Assembly: GCA_051362555.1 (NCBI GenBank)
Contig: CM120641.1
Span: forward strand, 17,484,001 to 17,548,000
Direction of reading: 5' to 3'
DNA length: 64,000 nt
Source of the DNA: Lingula anatina
Taxonomy: Eukaryota > Animalia > Brachiopoda
Shown in pieces: positions 53,980 through 64,000 of this stretch. The position numbers were made by a program, and so were the translations under genes. Within the stretch, counting starts at the first letter, position 1, and each line of letters begins with the position of its first letter. The notes under the pieces were generated by a model. That model was not told where the DNA came from. It saw only the letters and a program-made list of their open reading frames with translations, and ran no database searches.

Positions 53980-54285
53980 TGTTTCATTGGGAACGAGCAC
54001 TTAGTTCAGCCTTGTTTCCTGTAAACCAATCAATACACCTTGACCTCCAGGGAGCAGTCACGTAGTTGGCACTCTCAGAAGTTTACGTTCCGTTTCTTCA
54101 TCTGATAAGTGTTTTGAGGCCCATGTTTTTTAACATCCGATCTGCGTGAAGAGCTTATTTGGAGGATACTCCACATACATTTTATCGATATCTGTCTGCA
54201 CGCATCTGGTCACCATGTATAATTAAGGGACAGCAGACACTGGCTAAAAAGTTTTTTTGAAATCAGATCTATTCTAATCACAACG

Positions 54286-54291
54286 TTTATT
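54286..54291 (-). terminator. Candidate polyadenylation signal (AATAAA) for the AstC-R-like gene
   Basis: Minus-strand AATAAA about 280 nt after the stop codon. The hexamer is common in AT-rich DNA. Confidence 0.3.
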
Positions 54292-54572
54292 ATTTTAAAT
54301 ACTCTCTTAACTGGTCACTTGCGTCATTTTCATATATTTCTCTTCCTGGTCACAATACGATTGCTTTTTTTTCCATCATATAAAACTAGTGATAATAACC
54401 CTCTGCTTACAGAATAAGAAGCTGATAATTCTCTGCTACACTTTTTACCGCCATTTCCTTTTCAGTCACCAAACTCCAGTTTTTAATATTTCCAACGCAA
54501 TCCAGCTTTTTCAACTGTTTTGCCTACGGCGATGTAGTATTTGACTGTACAATCAACATGCTACACTTTCCC

Positions 54573-55922
54573 CTATACATCTACACTTGTCACAATAGAC
54601 GGTTCATGTTCATAGGCGAATGGTTTGTAATACGGATGCAGCATCTTCTCGTCAACGTCGTCTGGTTGCAGGTCGATCTTATTATGGTTCTCCTCACTAC
54701 AAGAGACACTTTGCAGAGGGATGGCCTCAGTGCACGTTCCAACCTCTGCGGTAGGGCCTTCTGCCATATTGAGATTCGACCCTCCTCCATTGGCACAGCG
54801 ACAGCTCTTCAAGATGGCGGGAGGTGGTGGAAAGGCACTGTTTTCGCGGGGGTCTGGCTGTCCGGTAGCTTCGAATCCGTCAACAGACCTGCGATGAAAA
54901 GCCTTGAGGAAACTTTTTTTGAAATTTTCACTGAAGAATGCATATAAAAACGGATTCATCATGCTATTAGCGTAAGCTAGGATGGTATTGAAGAGAGACA
55001 TCTTGACATCTCCCACAATGACCCCGTGAACAAGCAGCACCTGTTGTATGTAAAAAGGCATCCAGCAAACGATATAAACGGCGATCACAATGAGGACCAT
55101 TCGGGTCACACGGCGATGGGTTCGGTTGGCACCTTCTGATCCACTAGCGGGTCCCATCTGACCTACGCGCACCACCACTAGGGTGTAGAATACCGATATC
55201 AAAGCAACTGGGATGGCGTACCCCATTAAGAAGGTGTACCAGGTGAACGCCTGGGCACTGGTCAGCTTGTCACTCTCTGGCCATTCGACGCCACAAGTGG
55301 GTTTACCCCGCTCGTCAGTGTCGATACGTGCGTACAACACCACCGGGATCATCAAAGCGCCAGAGACCACCCACACAATGATGCAGATTATCCGGGCCAG
55401 TTTGGTTGTCCGGAAGTCCATTGCTGCCACTGGGTGGCAGACGGCCATGTAGCGGTCCATACTCATGACGGCAAGGGTGAAAATGCTGGTGAAACTGTTG
55501 ACGCAATTAGTGACAAAGAACACTCGACAGATGAAGTCGCCGAATATCCACGATTCCATTAGTATGGTGGCAATAGTGATTGGGATCCCCAGTACAAAAA
55601 GGACATCAGCCACGGCCAGGTTACATATATACATGTTGGTCACAGTGTTCATCTTCACATATCTTAAGATGACATACAAAACCAGAACGTTACCCAATAA
55701 GCCAATCAAAAAAATCAAGCTATACATTATAGCGGCAACTATTGAATGAGCTTGGAGAGAGGGTTCTGGCACGGTAATATTTGTTATGTTTTGATAATCA
55801 AAGGTGTTGTTCAAATAGTCGCTAGCGTCATATTTGGTGATTGATATAAACGAAAGTTCAACACTTTGTTTATCGAGCGTCTCTGTCAAAATGACATCGG
55901 AGATAGGGGTAAAATTGCCCAT
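54573..55922 (-). CDS. AstC-R: Allatostatin-C receptor-like (somatostatin/opioid receptor family) class A GPCR, 449 aa, intron-free coding region
   Basis: Seven TM segments with LRYVKMNTVTNMYICNLAVAD, GIP, WIFG..C, N.FTS, DRYMAVCHP, F..YTF..G.AIP, HRRVTRMVL, CWMPF, YANS.MNPFLYAF, SENFKKSFLKA and an ENSAFP tail motif (cf. ENSVFP in AstC receptors). The start context CAAAATGG is strong. Confidence 0.88.
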   Translation of the reverse strand: MGNFTPISDVILTETLDKQSVELSFISITKYDASDYLNNTFDYQNITNITVPEPSLQAHSIVAAIMYSLIFLIGLLGNVLVLYVILRYVKMNTVTNMYICNLAVADVLFVLGIPITIATILMESWIFGDFICRVFFVTNCVNSFTSIFTLAVMSMDRYMAVCHPVAAMDFRTTKLARIICIIVWVVSGALMIPVVLYARIDTDERGKPTCGVEWPESDKLTSAQAFTWYTFLMGYAIPVALISVFYTLVVVRVGQMGPASGSEGANRTHRRVTRMVLIVIAVYIVCWMPFYIQQVLLVHGVIVGDVKMSLFNTILAYANSMMNPFLYAFFSENFKKSFLKAFHRRSVDGFEATGQPDPRENSAFPPPPAILKSCRCANGGGSNLNMAEGPTAEVGTCTEAIPLQSVSCSEENHNKIDLQPDDVDEKMLHPYYKPFAYEHEPSIVTSVDV

Positions 55923-56275
55923 TTTGATGCCGCGCTATACGAAGAAACTATAAACTGCAGTTACACGCCTGTAACCTGTACGTCCTGCTTCTATACTCAA
56001 TAACGTTCTTCTTCTTTATCTAGATAGATGGCGGTGACTTCGTGAATGACAATGGTGCGTAGACGGTCAGTTCATTTTGTGGTGATGGTAATATAAACCC
56101 TAGTATGAGTTAACCGAGCGATGTGTTTTCCGTTCTTTCACAAAACGCAAGATCAAGGGCCTGTGTCCAACAGAATCAAGCTGTATTCGATTCTGACGGG
56201 CAGGTGATGCCGACACTGAAGGAGATCCGAGGAAGCTGATTTGAAGGCTGTCTTAGTACAAACAAACTGTGATTT

Positions 56276-56308
56276 CTGAAAAAAAAACGAAAAAATCACA
56301 TTAGTCAT
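56276..56308 (-). promoter_or_regulatory. 3' splice acceptor and branch point of the AstC-R coding exon
   Basis: Minus strand shows a branch-like GACTAAT, a T-rich tract and TTCAG. The following 353-nt leader contains only one ATG. Confidence 0.65.
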
Positions 56309-58893
56309 AGTGCATTAGCCAGTAATAGTGGAGGCTTACACAAGAAAGAACAAATCACGCTAGTTTTCATTTGTGATCGTGCCCCTATCAATCATTCACT
56401 GAGCAACTGGAGAGTTACTTGCAAGAGAGACTTCATATCCGTTTCTGTAATGATAGGCCGTAAGAACTCAGCTTTTTTCGTAGAAGACAATTTACTATGA
56501 ATTTCAGATCTCATTAACGCAAGAGTACGATATATTGCAAAGATACGAAGCAGGTTAATATGATACGCATTGGTCTCACAATAAAACCACCATTCCGTTT
56601 CTTTGAACTGCAGGCATGATACGAGAAACGCCATAAATGAACTACATGGTGCAGTTTTCTGAGGCCAGGACCAATTACATCCATACAACTCATTTGAGCT
56701 AAGATTGCTTAAACGCAGCTACTGAATGATTGAGTGTACAGTGTAAATACTCACGAATGACCCTTGAGTAATTACGAAAAATGAACTTTAGAACGTCTTA
56801 CTCCACTATATCGTATTAAGCACATTGAATTCCTTGATATCCTCTATCATGCCTGGAGTCTTCATCATTTGCGTTCTGCATTCCATCGGCGTAGTTTGAG
56901 TATAAATACCTACTGTTGCTCTAAACCTTAATGAATACTAGTGCATGTCATGCTTCACATAAAGTTCCAAATAAGCAATTTCCAGTATAAAATTAATGGA
57001 CAAAAAAGTACATAAAATATATTTTTTCGTAAACAAAGCACCTGTGCTAATCGCCTAGTCGGAAGTCTTCAGAAATAGCTTCTGCTATTGACTTAGTTGT
57101 CTAAAAGTCATGATAAGCCTCAATGTTGCTATGGAAACGTGCTATAATCTTATGCAAAACGTTTGAAATAAGTGAAGAATTTTGGGACCTGATAAACGTT
57201 AGAAAATATGAATTTAGCACTGATGTAAAAACATACTTGTACAACGTTACGCAACAAAGGTTAACACGAATCAGATTAATTACGTCAATATGAACTGTTT
57301 AAAATAATAAACATGCCCCTATTCCATTAAATGTTGCCAGAACATGGCATTAGTCACATCAACATATTTATGTTTTGTCTAAGTAATCTACGGTGGCCAT
57401 TTGGTATACCTTGGAGCATAATTTTGCTCAAATAAACAGAACACATTTGTAGCACACAATTTCCTACCAATAACAATGATGAACACCATTAACAAAGACA
57501 GAATTCTGTTGCAGCAATTGTTTTTTCAATATTTTGACGCGCGTGGTACACAAAAACAACGACCATAAGTTCATTACTACAAGTAATTTGGCCACCAAAG
57601 ATGAATATGATTTTGTTTTAGTGCACATGGGACAGTCAGCATCCTAAACGTGAAACATATGCTGACTTAATCAAATCGCTCATACTCGTAGCAGTCTAAT
57701 AGTCCCATGGTTTGACTAGGTCGGTTATCGTAAATTTGAAACTAATTAAATGAATATGTCAGATGGTGCTTCGCATGGCCCTGTTTATCGGTTTATCGTG
57801 CGATGGTATCGTCGATATGGGAAGTTTTCAATATTCAACCCATCAGCACGGCTGTTCACCGAACGTGAAGGCTGACAGCTGACAGTAGAGTCGGTATTTA
57901 CAGATTGATGAAAATCCCTTTCTCTTTTAACTTAATGGGAGTACAAATATTTTAATTCTGTATCTCTCACATTGCGTTTACACATTTATGGTTTTTCAGC
58001 TTCTTAAGTGAATATTAATGGCGCTATTTAAGTGCATATAAGCCGGTGATAGACTCTACATCACCTGTGGTCAATACCCTCGTGCCCCGAAGAAGGCGAC
58101 ATGATAGCGATCGAACCATCATCTAGAAACTCGCTCTTCAATCTTATGCCGTGACGGAAGCCATTGATTGTTAAAAATCTAAGAATCTCAAGAACCGGTA
58201 TCTTGGTCAGATCAGCAAACAGCTCTTACTGAGCACATACATCTCTTAATTATCAGCGACTTCCTCGAGATGCAACGACAAGTACCTAAGAATTGTTTAA
58301 AAGAATGTACTGGAGACATGCAGAATACTATACACACTGGTAACATCATGCATGCCGAAATCTTTAATAAACTGCGAACATTTTAATTACACATCGATTT
58401 TCCGGATAACTAAAACCTCTAGAGACATATCATTGCATATCTGACATTTCAGTAAAGCTAAAATTGCCCATGTAGAATTCATATGGATACTAAATACTAA
58501 TTCTCGTGTTAAAAGCACATTCCACAGCAAGAGCTGCTTGGTATATCTGACGTCCAGAAACAATGAAACATTATCAACGGCCCAAAAAGCCCCCTTCTGG
58601 ACTTTTTTAAAAACTATAAGGCACGAATAAGCGTCGTTTTATGTAAGAAATATATTTCAATTTGATTTTCAGCGGCTTGCAGGTAACAGAGTATTTATAG
58701 TTTGATATCATGATCGATATACATTGCAGGCATTGCCTAGTTGTGGAATGGCATTTAGACATATAGTGTTATAAATAAATATCTCTATATGTATAGAATT
58801 AAAGTTAGATCAATTCAAGCCTTTGATCAAGGGACAACTATAGACACCTTTGATTTATTGTGCAAAAATGTCCGAATTTGAAATTCACATTGA

Positions 58894-58933
58894 CACCACC
58901 ACCACCACCACCACCACCACCACCACCACCACC
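58894..58933. repeat. (CAC)n trinucleotide repeat
   Basis: Read directly from the sequence. Confidence 0.95.
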
Positions 58934-59690
58934 TACAACAATAATAATGTCAATGTATCGGTTGTCAGTTATATGGACAAAGAAAAAGGTCAAATATTCA
59001 TTCCAAAATCAGAAATATACACTCCAAAAAATGAAATAGATAAAAAAAACGAAAGGGTGTTGGAAAAATTACAATCTTTATATCCTGTCTACGAGGAATG
59101 TTTGCTTCATGCATCTACACATATTGCTCAAGCTCTCTAACAAGAAACACCACAACATGCGTAGACTCTAACACGCTAAATTTGTGACTTCATTAGAAAA
59201 GGATTAGATATGCCAGTCAAAATAACCAAGTGTTTCAGCGGTGGTTAATGGTGGTTAATTGCAATCTACAACCTAACACATGTAAACTAATGACGCGCTA
59301 TAATATAATATGGCTCATTACACCGTTCTTGTTTGAGCGTGAACAACCTTAACGCGAGGAGACATTTCCAATAAGGTTAACGTTCACAATGCCACAAGTG
59401 GTTGGCATACCAGGAATCGGAGGGATGAAAGGCAATCGCCATCTTGCGAATACCAATATACTGATGGTATACTGTGGGCCTATACATGTACATCAGGTGG
59501 AAATACAGATACGCGCAAACCGTCGATATTTTATATCTTGAATACTATCCACTAACAAACAACGAAAGTACACCGATTTGTACTTAGTTGTATTGCCTGT
59601 AGCACCTCAGATGTGTGATTCAGTGGCTTTCATTGCATTCCCATGGCGCTCACTTCTAAACTTCGCCTGAAGTCACAATTGTGGAATTAA

Positions 59691-59720
59691 CTCTCTCTTT
59701 CTCTCTCTCTCTCTCCCCCC

Positions 59721-59782
<62 letters not shown>
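59691..59782. repeat. Compound (CT)n(GT)n microsatellite
   Basis: Read directly from the sequence. Confidence 0.95.
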
Positions 59783-59784
<2 letters not shown>

Positions 59785-60849
59785 AAATAGTTTAGTAGTC
59801 CACGTTTTTATATAAAAAACTGATAGTAATTAATCTCTCTGCTAAAATAGGCATACACGTATACCTTTCCATCCAATGTGCTTATAGTATTCGTGGAGCA
59901 TCTACTGCTACTGTGCCGCTACAGTACAACACAATACGAACCGTTCCAAACCAGCGGAAATGTGGGCAGGTTTTTGTTTTTAAGGAAAGATATGACAAGT
60001 TTATGCTAGCCAGTGTCATCAAACAGGTTTTTATATATGAAACCTAAATCTTTTGAGGGTGCACTTTCAGTAAAAGACATCTCGAAGCTGCAGCCTCATT
60101 CGTTAGCTGGCATTTAATTAACACTTAACAATTGATATTTGATTATTAAAAATGTATACGCATATACAGCCAAGGGTATCTTGGCGTAGGAACTGTGACA
60201 AAACTTATTGTCCGTTTAAAAGAACTGGTAAGCGGTAATTTCTCTTTAAACTGCTTCTCAAATGTTTAAAGCATCATAGGTCGACATAAGTGGATTATAT
60301 TTCAAGAATACATTATCTTGCAATCATGTTGGTCCAACTTTTTTTTAGTCATTTAGATTCATTGAAACGTACGCTGTGATGTTGTGATTATTTTTAATAG
60401 AACGCTGTTGATGCAAAACGTGGAAGTTGAACCTCATGTCACTACAAGTACTGGGTATATTGATTGGTGTCTACTCTACAGTGTTTTGAAATCTATGTTT
60501 TGCTTGAAATATATATAAATCAGCAATTGTAAACGTTAGCCAACAATCGGGTTTCTGTATTTGACTTCAAATGTATCGTCTGCGTGATCGCGAGAATGAA
60601 CATGACAGCTATGCGCTATCAATCGCAATTCACGACTACGGCTAACATGACACTCCCTGGTAAATAACTGTAACTAAGTTTGGTCTAATATACTACAGTA
60701 GTGTAGAAATCAAGTACAGGTTCGCAATAATTGCCATCAGTGTCTTATGGTCACACAGGTCAATGTGAATTCAAAATTACACGTTTTCCGTTCAACAGCT
60801 TTAACCTTAAATTTTTTTCTAAAAATAAATATAAACAAACACTTTTACA

Positions 60850-60945
60850 TTATCCGCCTGATGAAAAACCGCGTTATTTGTCTCTGTCCGGTTGCTTTCC
60901 GTCTGTCTGTCTGTGTGTCCGCCACTCTATCAGTCCGTCTGCCAG
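60850..60945 (+). mobile_element. Possible HINE/DINE-1-like (Helentron-associated) 5' fragment
   Basis: TTATCCGCC start followed by an internal (CCGT/CTGT)n microsatellite, the typical layout of these elements. No 3' hairpin was identified. Confidence 0.4.
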
Positions 60946-62829
60946 TGCTCTCGTTTGATTGCCCAGCCATCTAGCAGTTGCATATACACCGCACGTGCAT
61001 ACTGAATGGCAAAAGAGAGAAAGGAAAAAAAGTATGTTTAAATGTATTTCAATATTGTTTCCCGTGAGACCCAGACAAATGCAGTGTGCGTCATTAAGCA
61101 ACAAGGAACGCCTACGTCATGACATTTAATGATAAATCACTTAATCCAATTTCAATTTTACTCTTTACAGATGACGATGAAAAAAAAAACGAAATGTTTT
61201 GTAACTCATGGCCACAGTGGTAGCTTCGGGTTGTTCTATAACACGGCAGTTTTATGAGCTCTAACAGTAATTTATTACATAATGAGTAGTCTTGTTATCG
61301 CAGCAAAATTAAGAAATAAGACAGATGACCAAACATGACTACTCCCCAATGTATTAAGTGCTTGGTTCTCAAGTAGCTTGTAAACGAGGCTATCAGACAG
61401 GAGTGACCTCTAATGGTTAATGAACGCGACCCAGTGGTAATTAAAATGAACCAGCACATTCAAATGGAATCAAGAATAATGAAATGTAATTAATAGTATT
61501 TAAACATTGTAAATAAGTCAGCACCTCGGTTATCTCAGAAATGGTCAGTTTCAGATCAGGCAAAATTAAACACTGATAATCAAAGAACCGGTGTATGGCA
61601 TGGCAGTGTACAGGTCAAAGATAAGTACTAAGCATTTTTTAAATTTTTTAAATCAACAATAATCAAAGATTCTACTTTGGGCTGGTAAATATGTGAATCA
61701 CCTGTCACCCTATTAATTATAATGAAAAGAAAGCGGTATGGCACGATTGGAGAGGGGAAATGACGGGGGAAAGATGCGGAAAAGACGGGAGAATCTTGAA
61801 AGAAGACGATAACCGAGCGCATGGGAAGAGACCCGTTAGAGTACGCGGAGATGGGGACCGTGATTACGTCTCTATATCTGTGTTATCCGTGTGAGCATAA
61901 GAAAAAGTTCCCTTATTGTCGAGAAACCGGGTTTGATATATGTGTATGCATAAACAGCATTGAAAACATGCAGTCCAACCAGCCGCACTACGCCCTGTTG
62001 TAATTGCAACGGTAAGCTGAAACGAGACGTTAAAAAACAACACCCGTTTTCCGTAGAAGTGAAGATGAGCACGAATGATAACTTAAGAGTATTACCAGGT
62101 ATTAGTTCGTTTCTTAGAAAAGCTCTTAGCCATCCAAGTGTATGAGATCTTTGGAAGCCGACAAAGCCCAGAGCTCAAAGGCAATGACACAGTGAAATAA
62201 TCGTACTGGGAGAAAGGGATAAGGTACATTGCATTGAAAATAATTATTAATATATTTTTCTTCATTGGAGCGCTGGTGATTGATTACTTTGAAACAGTAA
62301 AACGGCGAATGTACGTGTTTCTAAAACGCATTGGGGGTAATGAGTTGCGGCTACGCTATGCCATAAAATGCTCCTTTGTATCCAAGTGAGAGCAAATAGA
62401 GTCAAAGTTTATAGCAAAAGGGCATTTTGATGCGCATCTGCGAAGCATTTCAGCACCATTTTTGGGTACATGCCACACATACATCTCCAAATCTATCAAA
62501 CATTACTGTTTGAATTTGAATTAATATTTAATTGGGAAACGGGAATTTCGCATGGTTATTGCTAAAAATATGGCCTATGCGATAGCGGATAGTAATAGCA
62601 GATAAGGTGAAGTTTCCTTTCCACGTTTTTTTTCCCCAAACTACGATCTGTTGACAACTGACAGATGTTAGCAATACCTTAGGGCAGTGGGGAGATAGTG
62701 GCCGTAGTTTGTATTTGATTATAACTATTAAAAGTATATTTTGAAAGCATTTTCTAGCCTTCAGCAATTTCCGTGAAGCTTCGACGTGTGTGACAGGTAT
62801 CATATATTTTCAATAACACTACAACAGTA

Positions 62830-62918
62830 GGCCCAGTGGTAACGGGTCTGAGTAACGTCCTTATCTGCCGAACACGACAGAGTGTGTTCGATTCCCACTC
62901 AGTCGAGTTTTTTTTTTT
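62830..62918 (+). other. tRNA-like / Pol III promoter fragment (SINE head or tRNA pseudogene)
   Basis: B-box-like GTTCGATTCCC (62886-62896), a degenerate A-box-like sequence upstream and an oligo-T run immediately downstream. It does not fold into a full cloverleaf. Confidence 0.4.
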
Positions 62919-63219
62919 CCTTTTAAAAATTATTATCATGGTTCAATGATTGATGTGACGGGTATCAGCTAGCATGTAATAAAACGACCAGAATACCCCA
63001 TGCGTGAAAGAACCAGCATAATACTTGTACTTAAGATGAAAACGGTTCACTTTGTATCGGCGCTGGCCGCCACAGAAAACAAGGCAGCAAAGCTGTCAAA
63101 GTACATATACATAGCGAAGCAAAGAAAAAATGATGCCCAAATTAGGGTTATTTTGTCAATTTTAAAGCAATATTACGTAATGGTGAACAGTATTTTCACC
63201 ACCAATTGAACTATGCACC

Positions 63220-64000
63220 AAAGGTAACATGGATGTTCCGAAAAAGTAACGAATATAGGCTTCAGGCCCATATGAATTCAACGTCATGCACTGAAAATGC
63301 CAAACTGGTAAAATGAAAAAATTAATATAAATTGCATTACTTAAAAATAAAGCAGGAAATAATGCTGATAGTGCCCGCTAAAGTGTTTTGTCAATTTTGG
63401 TGCATTATGACATAATACCTCACAGCGTAAACAACACTTATTTTTGGTTATGTACAACAGGCCAAAGTGTCACGGACATTCAGAAAATGGAAGTACGACA
63501 GAGCTTCGGATCTAAGAGATTTCAAAGTCATATATAGATATTGCCAAAATGTGAAAAACAAAAATTTAAGCAAATATGCATAACTTCAAGAAAAAAAGTA
63601 ATCCGACTACTTTTCCAACTCAAGCTGCATGTGCTAGTCCTAAGGTCCATTCTCGTAAGTTGGAGGATAGTAACATGGTTTTCATTTCACACTGCTTACA
63701 GTGACAGTGCACAAAATAGTTCATCTGTCATTTTTGGTGCAATATTACACATCTATTTTTCAAGTATTTTACAAGTAACACGGTCATTCAGGGAATGCAA
63801 ATGACATTGGGCTCAGGTCCCATGGGATGTCATCGTCACAGATTGAAAATACGTTAAACATGAATTTTACATAAAATTGCATAACTTTAAGAAAAGGATT
63901 CCAATAAGGCTGATTTTCCAATTCAAGCTGTATTTTTACGCCTTAGAACTATCCTCGTAAGTTTAAGGATAATAACATTTTTTTCTTTTTGTGTTTACAG
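63220..64000. repeat. Diverged tandem repeat, unit about 300 bp, 2-3 copies, running off the window end
   Basis: GCATAACTT.AAGAAAA...TTTTCCAA.TCAAGCTG...CTCGTAAGTT...GGATA.TAACAT recurs at about 63578 and 63879. A shorter related unit starts near 63220. Confidence 0.8.

Noticed and set aside
1554-54500. Numerous 60-130 aa ORFs in the intergenic region
   Set aside because: Random-length ORFs in AT-rich DNA. Many start at non-ATG codons or are built from microsatellites (poly-SL, HT, YI, K, F), and none resembles a known family.
54560-54575. Possible stop-codon readthrough of AstC-R (TAG GGG AAA GTG TAG)
   Set aside because: The context is not leaky and the extension would be only a few residues. 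AstA-R likewise ends in a double stop.
54558-55749. Plus-strand ORFs (129, 79 and 94 aa) antisense to AstC-R
   Set aside because: Typical antisense shadows of coding sequence with no protein features.
62449-62465. TTCAGCACC, the left half of an RE1/NRSE site, upstream of a neural gene
   Set aside because: The right half-site (GGACAG) is absent and REST is not expected in a protostome.

Overview
AT-rich, microsatellite-rich animal genomic DNA, most likely from a protostome or lophotrochozoan-type invertebrate (inference); there is no prokaryotic gene organisation. Only two convincing protein-coding regions are present. Both are minus-strand class A neuropeptide GPCRs with intron-free coding sequences, about 53 kb apart: an allatostatin-A/galanin-type receptor (188-1345) and a divergent allatostatin-C/somatostatin-type receptor (54573-55922). 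Each coding exon has a splice acceptor about 300-350 nt upstream of the ATG and short uORFs in the leader. The non-coding remainder holds several MITEs with clear TIRs and TSDs, including two different 168-bp CAGG..CCTG elements with 5-bp TSDs. It also holds decayed non-LTR retrotransposon fragments, a CACTA/EnSpm-like element end, a degenerate Penelope-type hammerhead ribozyme motif, HINE-like and tRNA-like fragments, tandem duplications and microsatellites. The most notable feature is the tandem AstC-R/AstA-R linkage, which echoes the vertebrate SSTR-GALR linkage. All calls were made by eye, without database searches.
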